40,356 nt of DNA from Burkholderiales bacterium (GCA_022844545.1 JALHLN010000002.1:1-40356); one strand, 5' to 3'; shown: positions 19,075 through 29,468, counted from the stretch's first letter. The notes: generated by a model not told the origin, from the letters alone. Translations and numbers: made by a program.

Positions 19075-21057
19075 TCAGCCGATCCGGCGCAGGGCCTTCT
19101 CCTCCTGCGGCCTGAGCGCACGCACGCACGGCTGGTAGCCCTCGTGGACGATGCCGTGCAGCTCGATCCGCTTCTGCGAGCGCAGCAGCCTGGCGAGGTA
19201 CTCGGCGATGTCCGGCGTGATCAGCTGGCCCGGCACCAGCACCGGGATGCCCGGCGGGTAGGGCACGATGCCGTCGGCGCAGATGCGCCCGCGCAGCGCC
19301 CGGTTGACGCGTTCCTGGTCGTCGAACACGGGAACGAGCTCGCCGCCGCAGTAGTACGCGTCGCGCGGCAGGTAGCGCAGCTTCGTGAAGGCGGGTATTT
19401 CCGGGGTGCGCACCAGGCGCCGCGCCGCGCGCTTCTCCCGCGCGATCCGCATCAGGGCGTCGTACAGGCGCGAGACCTTGGAGCGCGTGGTGCCGATCGT
19501 CAGGAGCAGGGTGATGGTGTTGAAGGTGCTCTTCTCGATCTGGATGTTGTAGCGGTCGAACAGTTCCTTCTGCAGCTCGTCCACGGTGTAGCCGCAGCCG
19601 GAGACGTCCACGGTCACCTTGGTGGGGTCCAGCCGTATCCCGTCGTGGCGCACCTCATCGGGCAGCAGGTCCTCCAGTTCCAGCACGCGGAACATGTCGG
19701 TGGAGTTGATCTGCTCGCGCAGCTCCCGCGCCAGCATCAGCGTGCGCGCGAGCAGCTTGTAGCCCTCCATCACCGCCTGCTTGCGCGCCACGTCCAGGCT
19801 CGCGATCAGCGCGTACTGCGGCGAGGTGGAGGTGTGCATGTTGAAGTTCTCGCGGAACAGGTGCTCGCGGAACCCCGGGTCGTTGACGTGGATCATCGAG
19901 GCCTGCGAGAACGCCGAGAGCACCTTGTGCGTGGACTGCGTGGCGTAGTCGGCGCCCGCCTCCATCGCGGTGGGGCGGAACGCCGGGTGGAAGCGCGCGA
20001 AGCCGTACCAGGCCTCGTCCACGATCACCTTGATGCCCTTCGCATGCGCCGCGGCGACGATCGGCGCCAGGTCGTAGCGCAGGCCGTCGTAGGTGCAGGA
20101 GGTGAGGATCAGCGCCTCGGCGTCCGGGTGGCGGCGGATCGCCTCGAGGATGGTCTTCTTCGACACCGGCCCGTAGAGGCCGAACTTGCGGTTCAGCGCC
20201 GAATCCAGGTATACCGGCTGCGCGCCCGAGAGCACCACGCCGTGGTGCACGCTCTTGTGGCAGTTGCGGTCCAGCAGCAGCTTCTCGCCCGGGGCGAGCA
20301 GGGTCTGGAAGATGACCTTGTTCGCGGTCGAGGTGCCGTTGGTGGCGAAGAAGGTGCGCCGCGCGCCGAAGGCCTTGGCCGCCAGCGCCTGCGCTTCCGC
20401 GATCACGCCCTTGGGCTCCATGAGCGAGTCCAGCATCGGCACGGAAACGGACAGGTCGGCGTCGAAGACGTGGTCGCCCATGAACTCGTAGAAGTCGTTC
20501 ACCCACGGGCTGCCGCGCAGCGATTCCCCCGACGAATGCCCCGGCGTGTGCCACTGGTCCTTCGCCATCCAGACGTAGTTCTTCAGCTGGTCGGTGAAGG
20601 GCGTGCGCGCCTTTTCCTGGATCTGGGCGTTGAGGATGCGGTAGATGCCGCGGTAGTCGCGCTCCTCGCGGTAGAAGTAGCCGTCCACCGCCTCGGTGAA
20701 CAGCGCGTCCACCACTTCGTCCTCCTGCTCCTTGGCGATCAGGATGTAGACGTTCAATTCCGGCCGCAGGCCGGTGATGCGCTGGACCAGCTCCAGCGCC
20801 GACATCTGCAGCGTCTTGGCGCCGGCGCGCTTGCCGTTGCCGGCTAGGGTATAGAGCTTGTCGTCGACGATCACGGCCTGGATGTCGCCGTCGGATTCGA
20901 TCGCCGCCAGCGCCTCCTGCGCGGTGGCGACGCCGCCGAAGGCGATGCCGAAGGGGTTGTCCAGCGTGCGCGCCGCGGCGTTCAGTCCTTTCAGGATCTC
21001 GCGCAGGACGAGCGGCTCATCCTCGATGACGAGGATGCGGCTGAGCGGTTTGGGCAT
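19075..21057 (-). CDS. Orn/Lys/Arg decarboxylase (fold-type I, wing-domain type) with receiver-like N-terminal domain
   Basis: 660 aa. WHTPGHSSG, FATNGTSTANKV, PLP-lysine motif ATQSTHKVLSAFSQASMIHV. The N-terminus RILVIEDEPLVLREIL...AVIVDDKL is CheY-like, as in LdcI/AdiA wing domains. Confidence 0.85.
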   Translation of the reverse strand: MPKPLSRILVIEDEPLVLREILKGLNAAARTLDNPFGIAFGGVATAQEALAAIESDGDIQAVIVDDKLYTLAGNGKRAGAKTLQMSALELVQRITGLRPELNVYILIAKEQEDEVVDALFTEAVDGYFYREERDYRGIYRILNAQIQEKARTPFTDQLKNYVWMAKDQWHTPGHSSGESLRGSPWVNDFYEFMGDHVFDADLSVSVPMLDSLMEPKGVIAEAQALAAKAFGARRTFFATNGTSTANKVIFQTLLAPGEKLLLDRNCHKSVHHGVVLSGAQPVYLDSALNRKFGLYGPVSKKTILEAIRRHPDAEALILTSCTYDGLRYDLAPIVAAAHAKGIKVIVDEAWYGFARFHPAFRPTAMEAGADYATQSTHKVLSAFSQASMIHVNDPGFREHLFRENFNMHTSTSPQYALIASLDVARKQAVMEGYKLLARTLMLARELREQINSTDMFRVLELEDLLPDEVRHDGIRLDPTKVTVDVSGCGYTVDELQKELFDRYNIQIEKSTFNTITLLLTIGTTRSKVSRLYDALMRIAREKRAARRLVRTPEIPAFTKLRYLPRDAYYCGGELVPVFDDQERVNRALRGRICADGIVPYPPGIPVLVPGQLITPDIAEYLARLLRSQKRIELHGIVHEGYQPCVRALRPQEEKALRRIG

Positions 21058-21079
21058 GGGCTATGGGCTATGATTTCGC

Positions 21080-21418
21080 ATGCCCGAGCAGGCCGGCGAG
21101 GAGGTGGTGGAGTTCGTCATCCGGGGCGTGACCCTGGATGGCAAGCCGTTCCGGCCCAGCGACTGGGCCGAGCGCCTGTGCGGCGTGATGGCGGCCTTCG
21201 GCGGCGACCACCGCATGCAGTACTCCCCCTACGTGCATCCGATCAATTCCGCGGGCGTGCGCTGCGTGGTGGTGGACGTGCGGCTCGAGGAACTCGAGCC
21301 GATGGCGTACCGCTTCCTGCTCAGCTTCGCGAAGGACAATGAACTGGAGACGCGCGACGGGCGCGTCGCCGGACGGACAGAGCTCGCCAGGCTGCAGCGA
21401 GCGGGAGACACAGATTAG
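21080..21418 (+). CDS. DUF3579 domain-containing protein
   Basis: 112 aa: [54 protein letters not shown]. This matches my memory of the DUF3579 family, which is common next to rpsT in beta-proteobacteria. Confidence 0.75.
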   Translation: MPEQAGEEVVEFVIRGVTLDGKPFRPSDWAERLCGVMAAFGGDHRMQYSPYVHPINSAGVRCVVVDVRLEELEPMAYRFLLSFAKDNELETRDGRVAGRTELARLQRAGDTD

Positions 21419-21678
21419 GGAAGGGCCTTGATGGCGTTCGCGAGGCGGCTCTTGTGGCGCGCCGCGGCGTTCTTGTGCAGCACGCCCTTGCCTGCGACGC
21501 GGTCGATGACGGCCTGCGACCTGGCCAGCGCGGCGGCGGCGGCCTTCCTGTCGCCGGTGGCGATCGCCTTCTTGACGTCCTTGATGGCGCTGCGCGCGGC
21601 GGTGCGCAGGCTGACGTTGTGGGCGCGGCGCTGCACCGCCTGGCGGGCGCGCTTCTGCGCGGACTTGATGTTTGCCAT
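21415..21678 (-). CDS. rpsT: 30S ribosomal protein S20
   Basis: 87 aa: [39 protein letters not shown].... Confidence 0.95.
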   Translation of the reverse strand: MANIKSAQKRARQAVQRRAHNVSLRTAARSAIKDVKKAIATGDRKAAAAALARSQAVIDRVAGKGVLHKNAAARHKSRLANAIKALP

Positions 21679-21728
21679 GGAAAATCCGGACCTTGAAAGG
21701 GGGCGAAGTCTACCATGAACCTCGTCGC

Positions 21729-23267
21729 ATGAACCTTCTGCGCGCCCTCGCCACCGTCAGCAGCCTGACCCTGGTGTCCCGGGTCCTGGGCTTCGTCCGG
21801 GACTTCTTCATCGCCCGGGTGTTCGGCGCCGGGCTCATGACCGATGCCTTCTTCGTCGCCTTCCGCATCCCCAACCTGCTGCGGCGGCTGTTCGGGGAAG
21901 GGGCCTTCTCGCAGGCCTTCGTGCCCATCCTGGGCGAGGCCAGGACCCGGCAGGCGCCCGAGGAGGTCCGGGAGCTGGTCGACAGCGTCGCCACGGTGCT
22001 GTTCCTGGCCCTGCTCGCGACCGCTGCCCTGGGGGTGATCGCCGCCCCCTTCATCGTCCACCTCACCGCGCCCGGCTTCGCCGACGAGCCGGGCAAGTTC
22101 GCGCTCACGGTGGCCATGCTGCGCATCACCTTCCCCTACATCGTGTTCATCTCCCTGGTGGCGCTCGCCGCGGGGGTGCTGAACACCTGGAGCCGCTTCG
22201 CGGTGCCCGCGGTGACCCCGGCGCTGCTCAACGTCTCCTTCATCGTCGGCGCGGCGTTCTTCGCCGACCGCTTCGATCCGCCGGTGCTGGTGCTGGCCTG
22301 GGCCGTGTTTGTCGGGGGGGTGTTGCAGCTGATCCTTCAGCTCCCGGCCCTGGCCCGGATCGGCATGCGGCCGCGCTGGCGGCTCAACCTCGCGCACGAA
22401 GGCATGCGCCGGGTGCTCAAGCTCATGGCGCCGGCGGTATTCGGGGTCTCGGTGAGCCAGGTGTCCCTGCTCATCAATACCGTGTTCGCCTCGTTCCTGG
22501 TCACCGGCAGCGTGTCCTGGCTCTACTACGCCGACCGCCTGATGGAGTTTCCGGCCGGACTGCTCGGCGTCGCCCTGGGCACTATCCTGCTGCCCAGCCT
22601 CGCGCGCTACCACGCCGCCGCCGACCACGACGCCTATGGACGCCTGCTCGACTGGGGCCTGCGCCTGACGCTGCTGCTCGCCCTGCCGGCGGCGGCCGCG
22701 CTGGCGGTCCTCGCCCTGCCATTGGTCGCGACGCTGTTCCAGTACGGGCGCTTCGGCGCCACGGACGCCTGGGCGACGCGCGAGGCGCTGGTCGCCTACA
22801 GCGCGGGACTGGTGGGCATGATCCTGGTGAAGATCCTCGCGCCCGGCTTCTACGCGCGGCAGAACGTGGCCACGCCGGTGCGCATCGGGATCATCACGCT
22901 GCTCGCGACGCAGGTGCTCAATGCCGCCCTCATCGGGCCGCTCAAGCACGCCGGCCTCGCGCTGGCGCTCGCGCTGGGCGCCCTGCTCAATGCGGCGCTG
23001 CTCTATCACGGGCTGCGGCGGCACGGCATCTACGCGCCGCAGCCGGGCTGGATCGGGTTTTTCCTGAAGCTCGCGGTGTCGGCGGCGGCCATGTCCGCCG
23101 CGCTCTGGTACGCGATGGGCGACAGCGCCTGGTGGCTGGCCGCGGGCTGGCAGGCGCGGGTGCCGGCATTGGCCGGGCTCGTGGCGCTGGGCCTTGCCGT
23201 CTACGGCGCCTGCCTCGCCGCGTTCGGCTTCCGGCTGCGGGACTTCTCGCGCCGCGGGGCGGAGTAG
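21729..23267 (+). CDS. murJ: Lipid II flippase MurJ (MviN)
   Basis: In-frame part of track ORF 21672..23267. [68 protein letters not shown] is nearly identical in pattern to the E. coli MurJ N-terminus. Confidence 0.93.
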   Translation: MNLLRALATVSSLTLVSRVLGFVRDFFIARVFGAGLMTDAFFVAFRIPNLLRRLFGEGAFSQAFVPILGEARTRQAPEEVRELVDSVATVLFLALLATAALGVIAAPFIVHLTAPGFADEPGKFALTVAMLRITFPYIVFISLVALAAGVLNTWSRFAVPAVTPALLNVSFIVGAAFFADRFDPPVLVLAWAVFVGGVLQLILQLPALARIGMRPRWRLNLAHEGMRRVLKLMAPAVFGVSVSQVSLLINTVFASFLVTGSVSWLYYADRLMEFPAGLLGVALGTILLPSLARYHAAADHDAYGRLLDWGLRLTLLLALPAAAALAVLALPLVATLFQYGRFGATDAWATREALVAYSAGLVGMILVKILAPGFYARQNVATPVRIGIITLLATQVLNAALIGPLKHAGLALALALGALLNAALLYHGLRRHGIYAPQPGWIGFFLKLAVSAAAMSAALWYAMGDSAWWLAAGWQARVPALAGLVALGLAVYGACLAAFGFRLRDFSRRGAE

Positions 23268-23277
23268 GCTGGCGGCC

Positions 23278-24129
23278 ATGGACGCGCTGGAGACCTTCAG
23301 CCGGGTCGTCGACGAGGAGGATTCCCGCATCGACCTCGCGCGCGCCTGCCTGCTGGTGGCCGCGGACGCCTATCCGGCGCTGGACGTGGACGGCTATGTC
23401 GGCGAGCTGGAACGGCACGCGAAGCGCCTCGCCTCGCGCCTCGCCGTGGACATCGCGCCGGAGGAAAAGGTGGTGGCGCTCAACGAGTTCCTGTTCGACG
23501 ACCTTGGCTACGTCGGCAATACCAGGGACTACTATGATCCGCGCAACTCCTACCTCAACGAGGTGATCGACCGGCGCACCGGCATTCCGATCACCCTCGC
23601 GGTGCTGTACATGGAGATCGGCCGGCGCATCGGGCTGCCGGTCGAGGGCGTGTCCTTCCCGGGCCATTTCCTCGTGCGCCTCAAGGTGCGCGGCGGCACG
23701 CTGGTGCTGGATCCGTTTGCCGGCGGCATGCCGCAGTCGGAGGACGAGTTGCGCGAACGCCTCAAGCGCGTCATCCCGGCCGGCGCCACGGGCAATGTGC
23801 CCCTCGAGCAGCTGCCGCTGGAGACGTTCCTCGAGCCCGCCGGCAAGCGCCAGATCCTGGCGCGGCTGCTGCGCAACCTGAAGGGGATCTACCGCGAGCA
23901 GAACAAGCCCGAGCGGCTGCTGGAGGTGCTCAACCGCATGATCATCGTGGCGCCGGACTCGAGCGCCGACCTGCGCGACCGCGGCCTGGTCTACCGGCAG
24001 CTCGAATGCTGGCGCCCGGCATTGCAGGACCTCACGGAGTACCTCGCGCGCGAGCCCGGGGCGCCGGACGCCGACGAAATCCGCGCCAGCGCCGTGGACC
24101 TCACGCGGCGCTGCGCGCGCCTGAACTGA
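23278..24129 (+). CDS. SirB1/YchA-like protein (transglutaminase-like N-domain plus TPR-like C-domain)
   Basis: In-frame part of track ORF 23194..24129. Family-typical stretches: ...LNEFLFDDLGYVGNTRDYYDPRNSYLNEVIDRRTGIPITLAVLYMEIGRRIGLPVEGVSFPGHFLVR.... Confidence 0.7.
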   Translation: MDALETFSRVVDEEDSRIDLARACLLVAADAYPALDVDGYVGELERHAKRLASRLAVDIAPEEKVVALNEFLFDDLGYVGNTRDYYDPRNSYLNEVIDRRTGIPITLAVLYMEIGRRIGLPVEGVSFPGHFLVRLKVRGGTLVLDPFAGGMPQSEDELRERLKRVIPAGATGNVPLEQLPLETFLEPAGKRQILARLLRNLKGIYREQNKPERLLEVLNRMIIVAPDSSADLRDRGLVYRQLECWRPALQDLTEYLAREPGAPDADEIRASAVDLTRRCARLN

Positions 24130-24637
24130 GCGCCGCCGCGCGCATCTCCAGCGCGCGCTTCTGCACCGCCTCGTGCAGCCGCGGCTTGTAGCCCAGCGCG
24201 AAGAACACCTCGGCGGCGAGGAAGATGGGCGCGACGAAGACCTGGAACAGGTTGTCCACCAGCGCAGGTTTCCGGCCTTCGTAGACATGGCCCCAGAGCT
24301 GGACGATCCAGCCGCCGACGAACAGGCCGAGGAACCAGGCGAGGCCGGTGGCGAGCGGCGCCTGCGCGATCGGGTCCGTGGCCCAGAGCGCGAGGCCGAA
24401 CAGCGCGCACATCGCGAGGCCCAGCGGGATGTCCAGCAGCAGGTAGTAGGCGAGCAGCACGGAGGTGACGACGAGCGCGCCGGTCAGCGTGACGCCGCCG
24501 GCGTCGATCCGGAGCCAGCCCAGCGGGATCATCAGCGACACCGCGATCGCCGGCACGCCGAGGAAATGCGTCGCCTTGTTGCGCGGGTCCTGATGGTAAG
24601 CGGCGTAGAACGACATCTGGTCCTCAAGCGTTTTCAT
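24101..24637 (-). CDS. DUF962 / Mpo1-like membrane protein
   Basis: 178 aa: FYAAYHQDPRNKATHFLGVPAIAVSL..., several TM segments, and GHVYEGRKPALVDNLFQVFVAPIFL. This matches the DUF962 (YGL010w-like) pattern. Confidence 0.7.
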   Translation of the reverse strand: MKTLEDQMSFYAAYHQDPRNKATHFLGVPAIAVSLMIPLGWLRIDAGGVTLTGALVVTSVLLAYYLLLDIPLGLAMCALFGLALWATDPIAQAPLATGLAWFLGLFVGGWIVQLWGHVYEGRKPALVDNLFQVFVAPIFLAAEVFFALGYKPRLHEAVQKRALEMRAAALSSGARSAA

Positions 24638-24686
24638 GCCGGCATCCTCCCTGATAACCGCTATAATTCAGCATTTTAGCGCTTAG

Positions 24687-25649
24687 ATGGTCGTCACGCA
24701 CGGACACCTGCCACGCCCGCATGGAGCCGCAGCGCGCGCCGCTGCCGGTCACGCGGTCACCGTCGGGAATTTCGACGGCGTGCATCGGGGGCACCGTGCG
24801 ATGCTGGATCGGCTCGTGCGCGTCGCGCGCGAGCGCGGACTTGCCTCCTGCGCCCTGACCTTCGAGCCGCATCCGCGGGAGTACTTCGCCCTAGCCGCCG
24901 CGCCCTCGAGGCTGGCGCGGCTGCGCGACAAGCTGGAGCTGATCGCCGGGGCGGGCGTGGACCGGGTGCACGTGCTGCGCTTCGGCGCACCGCTGGCGGG
25001 CATGGCGCCGGAGCGCTTCGCCGCGGACGTGCTCGCCGCGGGCTTGGGCTCGCGCTGGCTGCTGGTGGGCAGGGACTTCCGGTATGGGGCGAAGCGCGCC
25101 GGGGACTTCGCCCAGTTGCAGGCCTCGGGCGCGACGCTGGGCTTCGAGGTTGAGGCCATGCCGGACGTGCTGGACGGCGGCGAGCGGATCTCCAGTTCCG
25201 CCGTCCGCGAGGCGCTGTCGGCCGGAGACTTCGCCCGCGCCGAACGCCTGCTCGGGCGCCGCTACGCGATGAGCGGCCGTGTGGCGCACGGCGAGAAGCT
25301 GGGGCGCGAGCTGGGGTTCCCGACCGCGAACATCGTGCTGCGGCGCAAGCCGCCGCTCGCCGGGATCTTCGTGGTGGAGGCGGAACTCGAGGAGACGCGC
25401 CAGAAGCTGAGGGGCGTGGCGAGCGTGGGGCGGCGGCCGACTGTGAAGGCGGACGCGGCGCCGCTGCTGGAAGTGCACCTGTTCGATTTCGCCGGCGACC
25501 TCTACGGCCGGCACCTCAGGGTGGCGTTCCTCGCCAAGCTGCGTGAGGAGAAGAAGTACGGCGGACTGCCGGCGCTGCGCGAGGCGATCGAGGAAGATGC
25601 GGCCCGCGCCCGCGAGTGGTTTTCGAGGATCGACCAGGACCATGGCTGA
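24687..25649 (+). CDS. ribF: Bifunctional riboflavin kinase / FMN adenylyltransferase
   Basis: 320 aa. Motifs [35 protein letters not shown] and LGFPTANI. Confidence 0.92.
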   Translation: MVVTHGHLPRPHGAAARAAAGHAVTVGNFDGVHRGHRAMLDRLVRVARERGLASCALTFEPHPREYFALAAAPSRLARLRDKLELIAGAGVDRVHVLRFGAPLAGMAPERFAADVLAAGLGSRWLLVGRDFRYGAKRAGDFAQLQASGATLGFEVEAMPDVLDGGERISSSAVREALSAGDFARAERLLGRRYAMSGRVAHGEKLGRELGFPTANIVLRRKPPLAGIFVVEAELEETRQKLRGVASVGRRPTVKADAAPLLEVHLFDFAGDLYGRHLRVAFLAKLREEKKYGGLPALREAIEEDAARAREWFSRIDQDHG

Positions 25650-28416
25650 CTACAAGAGCACGCTGAACCTGCCCGACACGCCGTTCCCGATGCGGGGCGA
25701 CCTCGCGCGGCGCGAGCCGCAATGGGTGCAGGAGTGGAACGACAAGGGCGTCTACAAGCGCCTGCGTGCCGCCGCGAAGGGCCGCCCGCGCTTCGTGCTG
25801 CATGACGGCCCGCCCTACGCCAACGGCGCCATCCACATCGGCCACGCCGTGAACAAGATCCTGAAGGACGTCATCGTCAAGTCGAAGCTGCTGGCGGGGT
25901 TCGACGCGCCGTACGTGCCGGGCTGGGACTGCCACGGCATGCCCATCGAGGTGCAGATCGAGAAGCTGCACGGCAAGAACCTGCCCGCGGGCGAGACCCA
26001 GCGCCTGTGCCGCGCCTACGCCACCGAGCAGATCGCGAGCCAGAAGAAGGATTTCCAGCGCCTCGGCGTGCTGGGCGACTGGGACAACCCGTACCTCACC
26101 ATGGCCTACGGCAACGAGGCCGACGAGATCCGCGGCCTCGGGCAACTGCTCGCCAAGGGCTACATCTACCGCGGCCTCAAGCCGGTGAACTGGTGCTTCG
26201 ACTGCGGCTCGGCTCTGGCCGAGGCCGAGGTGGAGTACGAGGACCGCAGGGACCCGGCGGTGGATGTCGGTTTCGAGTGCGCCGAGCCGGAGAAACTGGC
26301 GGCGTTGTTCGGCGCCGCCGCGCCGGGCAAGGCTTTTGCGGTGATCTGGACCACCACGCCCTGGACCATTCCCGCGAACCAGGCGCTCAATGTCCACCCG
26401 GACCTGGACTACCACCTGGTGCAGACCGGGCGCGGCGCGCTGATCCTCGCCGCCCAGCTGCAGGAGGCCTGCCTCGCGCGCTACCAGCTCTCCGGGACGA
26501 CGATCGGCAGCTGCAAGGGCGCGCAGCTCGAGAACCTGAAGTTCCGCCACCCGCTCTACGACCGGCCCTCGCCGGTGTACCTCGGCGAGTACGTGACCAC
26601 CGAAACCGGCACCGGAATCGTGCACTCGGCACCGGCCTACGGCGTGGAGGACTTCGAATCCTGCCGCCGCTACGGCATGAAGGACGACGAGATCCTCACG
26701 CCCGTCATGGGGGACGGCAAGTACGTCTCCACGCTGCCGGAATTCGGCGGCCTGTCCATCTGGGACGCGAACCCAAAGATCGTGAAGGCGCTGGAAGCGA
26801 AGGGGGCGCTGCTTGCGGTGGACTGGAAGCACACCCACAGCTACATGCACTGCTGGCGCCACAAGACGCCGGTGATCCTGCGCGCCACCATCCAGTGGTT
26901 CGCCTCGATGGACAAGAAGGTGGGCGAGGAAAGCCTGCGCGAGCTTGCCCTGCGCGGCATCGAGCAGACCGAGTTCTTCCCCGGCTGGGGCAAGGCGCGG
27001 CTGCACGGCATGATCGCCAACCGCCCGGACTGGACGCTGTCGCGCGCCCGGCAATGGGGCGTGCCGATGCCGTTCTTCGTCCACAAGGAGACCGGCGCAC
27101 TGCATCCGCGCACGCTGGACCTGGTGGAGGAAGTGGCCAAGCGGGTGGAGAAGGGCGGCATCGAGTCCTGGCAGACGACGAGCGCCGAGGAACTGATCGG
27201 GGCCGATGCCGCGGCCTACGAGAAGGTGAAGGACACCATCGACGTCTGGTTCGATTCCGGCTCGACGCACTTCACGGTGCTCAAGCGCTCGCACGCCGCG
27301 GAATCCGCTTTCCCGGCGGACATGTACCTCGAGGGCTCGGACCAGCATCGCGGCTGGTTCCACTCGTCGCTGCTGGTGTCCTGCATGATGAACGGCGTGC
27401 CGCCCTACAGGAGCCTGCTCACGCACGGCTTCGTCATCGACATGGAAGGCCGCAAGATGTCGAAGTCCAAGGGCACCGGCATGGCGCCGCAGGCGATCTC
27501 CGATACCCTGGGCGCGGAGATCCTGCGCCTGTGGGTCGCCTCCGGCGACTACTCGGGCGAGCTGACGATCTCGAACGAGATCCTGAAGCGCGTGGTGGAG
27601 GGCTACCGCCGCATCCGCAACACCCTGCGCTTCCTGCTCGCCAACACCTCGGATTTCGACCCGGTGAAGGATGCCGTGCCGGTGGCGGAGATGGTCGGGA
27701 TCGACCGCTATGCGCTCGCGCTGGCGGCGCGGATGCAGGAGCAGGTGGCGGCGGACTACGCCGCCTACCAGTTCCACCTCGTGGTGCAGAAGCTGCAGGG
27801 CTTCTGCGCCGAGGACCTGGGCGCCTTTTACCTCGACATCCTCAAGGATCGCCTCTACACCTGCGCCGCGGGTTCGAAGGCGCGGCGCTCGGCGCAGACC
27901 GCGCTGTGGCATGTCACGCAGAGCCTGCTGCGCCTGATGGCGCCGGTCCTCAGCTTCACCGCGGAGGAGGCCTGGAAGGTGGCGGGCGGGAGCGCGGACG
28001 AGAGCGTATTCGAGAAGCTGTGGCACGGGATTCCGCACGCCGGGTTGGATGAATCGGCGCTCAGCCGCTGGAGCGATATCCGTCAGGTACGCGAACTGGC
28101 GATGAAGGCCATCGAGGAGAAGCGGGAGAGGAAGCTGGTGGGCTCTTCGCTCGCCGCGGAGCTCGACATCAAGGCGCATGGGCCGATGCTGGATGCCCTG
28201 ATGAGCCTCGGGGACGAACTGCGGTTCGTGCTCATGACTTCGCGCGTGTCCGTCCACCGCCGGGACGGAGGTCCGGTTTCCATCGACGTGGTCCCCAGCA
28301 CGCATCCGAAATGCGAGCGCTGCTGGCACTACCGTGCCGACGTCAACGCCGCCGGCCTGTGCGGCCGCTGCGACGGCAACCTGAACGGAGGGGGCGAAAC
28401 ACGCCGTCATGCCTAA
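25642..28416 (+). CDS. ileS: Isoleucine--tRNA ligase
   Basis: In-frame part of track ORF 25543..28416. [30 protein letters not shown] motif [21 protein letters not shown] motif [10 protein letters not shown]-terminal zinc-binding CERCWHY...CGRC. The ATG overlaps the ribF end (ATGGCTGA). Confidence 0.95.
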   Translation: MADYKSTLNLPDTPFPMRGDLARREPQWVQEWNDKGVYKRLRAAAKGRPRFVLHDGPPYANGAIHIGHAVNKILKDVIVKSKLLAGFDAPYVPGWDCHGMPIEVQIEKLHGKNLPAGETQRLCRAYATEQIASQKKDFQRLGVLGDWDNPYLTMAYGNEADEIRGLGQLLAKGYIYRGLKPVNWCFDCGSALAEAEVEYEDRRDPAVDVGFECAEPEKLAALFGAAAPGKAFAVIWTTTPWTIPANQALNVHPDLDYHLVQTGRGALILAAQLQEACLARYQLSGTTIGSCKGAQLENLKFRHPLYDRPSPVYLGEYVTTETGTGIVHSAPAYGVEDFESCRRYGMKDDEILTPVMGDGKYVSTLPEFGGLSIWDANPKIVKALEAKGALLAVDWKHTHSYMHCWRHKTPVILRATIQWFASMDKKVGEESLRELALRGIEQTEFFPGWGKARLHGMIANRPDWTLSRARQWGVPMPFFVHKETGALHPRTLDLVEEVAKRVEKGGIESWQTTSAEELIGADAAAYEKVKDTIDVWFDSGSTHFTVLKRSHAAESAFPADMYLEGSDQHRGWFHSSLLVSCMMNGVPPYRSLLTHGFVIDMEGRKMSKSKGTGMAPQAISDTLGAEILRLWVASGDYSGELTISNEILKRVVEGYRRIRNTLRFLLANTSDFDPVKDAVPVAEMVGIDRYALALAARMQEQVAADYAAYQFHLVVQKLQGFCAEDLGAFYLDILKDRLYTCAAGSKARRSAQTALWHVTQSLLRLMAPVLSFTAEEAWKVAGGSADESVFEKLWHGIPHAGLDESALSRWSDIRQVRELAMKAIEEKRERKLVGSSLAAELDIKAHGPMLDALMSLGDELRFVLMTSRVSVHRRDGGPVSIDVVPSTHPKCERCWHYRADVNAAGLCGRCDGNLNGGGETRRHA

Positions 28417-28912
28417 GGCGCTGCCCTGGTTCATCCTCGCGGCGGCGATCGTCCTCGCCGACCGGCTGAGCAAGGTCGCGGTGCTGCAGGCCTTCGCCCC
28501 CGGCGAGCGGCTGGAGGTGACCGGGTTCTTCAACCTCGTCCTGGTGTTCAACAAGGGCGCCGCATTCAGCTTCCTCGCCGGCGCCGGCGGCTGGCAGATG
28601 TGGTTCTTCGCCGCGGTGGCGCTGGTGGCCACGGTCGTCATTTCGGTGCTGCTGGTGCGCCATCCGGGCAAGCGGCTCTTCTGCACCGGCCTCGCGCTCA
28701 TCCTGGGCGGGGCGCTGGGCAACCTCTGGGACCGCCTCACGCTGGGCGGGGTGGTGGATTTCCTCGATTTCCACGCCGCCGGCTGGCACTGGCCGGCATT
28801 CAACGTCGCCGACAGCGGCATCACGGTGGGCGCGGCAATTCTGATCCTGGAGAGTTTCCTTCAGCCCCGGGCAGGGGGGAATGAAAAGCAGGGGCATGAC
28901 AAGCGCGCCTGA
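28409..28912 (+). CDS. lspA: Lipoprotein signal peptidase (signal peptidase II)
   Basis: 167 aa. [44 protein letters not shown] and [12 protein letters not shown]. Overlaps the ileS stop by 8 nt. Confidence 0.92.
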   Translation: MPKALPWFILAAAIVLADRLSKVAVLQAFAPGERLEVTGFFNLVLVFNKGAAFSFLAGAGGWQMWFFAAVALVATVVISVLLVRHPGKRLFCTGLALILGGALGNLWDRLTLGGVVDFLDFHAAGWHWPAFNVADSGITVGAAILILESFLQPRAGGNEKQGHDKRA

Positions 28913-29468
28913 GGCGGGTGCGGGCGGGGACCTGCGGCTGCTGCTCAAGGCGTTCGCCTTCGCCGCGGAGAAGCACCGCGACCAGCGGCGCAAGGACGCC
29001 AAGGCCTCGCCCTACATCAACCACCCGATCGCGCTGGCGGACGTGCTGGTGAACGAGGGCGGGGTGACGGAGGTCGAGGTGCTGTGCGCGGCGCTGCTGC
29101 ACGACACCATCGAGGACACCGAGACCACGCCGGAGGAGCTGGAGCTGGCCTTCGGGCCGCGCATCGCCGCGATCGTGCTCGAGGTCACCGACAACAAGAT
29201 GCTCAAGCGCGTCACGCGCAAGCGCATGCAGGTGGAGCACGCCGCCCGCGCCAGCCGCCAGGCCCAGCTGGTCAAGCTGGCCGACAAGATCTGCAACCTG
29301 CGCGACGTCGCCTCGCACCCGCCCGAGGGCTGGGACCTGAAGCGCCGGCGCGAGTACTTCGACTGGGCGCGCGAGGTCATCGACCGCCAGCGCGGCGCGC
29401 ACCCGGCGCTGGAGGCGGCGTTCGATGCCGCGCTCGCGCGCAAGCCGCCCGCCGGCGATGGGGGATAA
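28881..29468 (+). CDS. HD-domain small (p)ppGpp hydrolase-like protein (RelA/SpoT hydrolase-domain only)
   Basis: 195 aa. [37 protein letters not shown]...[14 protein letters not shown] follows the RelA/SpoT/Mesh1 hydrolase-domain pattern (HxxQxRK...PYxxHP...LLHDxxEDT). No synthetase or regulatory domains are present. ATG 28896 is an alternative start; both starts overlap the lspA end. Confidence 0.8.
   Translation: MKSRGMTSAPEAGAGGDLRLLLKAFAFAAEKHRDQRRKDAKASPYINHPIALADVLVNEGGVTEVEVLCAALLHDTIEDTETTPEELELAFGPRIAAIVLEVTDNKMLKRVTRKRMQVEHAARASRQAQLVKLADKICNLRDVASHPPEGWDLKRRREYFDWAREVIDRQRGAHPALEAAFDAALARKPPAGDGG

Noticed and set aside
19033-20847. 604-aa plus-strand ORF
   Set aside because: It is antisense to the decarboxylase, which carries the PLP-lysine STHK motif. 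Its composition is low-complexity and Arg/Val/Gly-rich.
21321-23330. 669-aa minus-strand ORF
   Set aside because: It is antisense to murJ and out of frame with rpsT. It is extremely rich in Arg, Gly, Glu and Pro.
25516-28824. 1102-aa minus-strand ORF and the 681-aa plus-strand ORF 26007..28052
   Set aside because: They are antisense or out of frame relative to ileS, which has HIGH, KMSKS and zinc-finger motifs. No motifs are present in either ORF.
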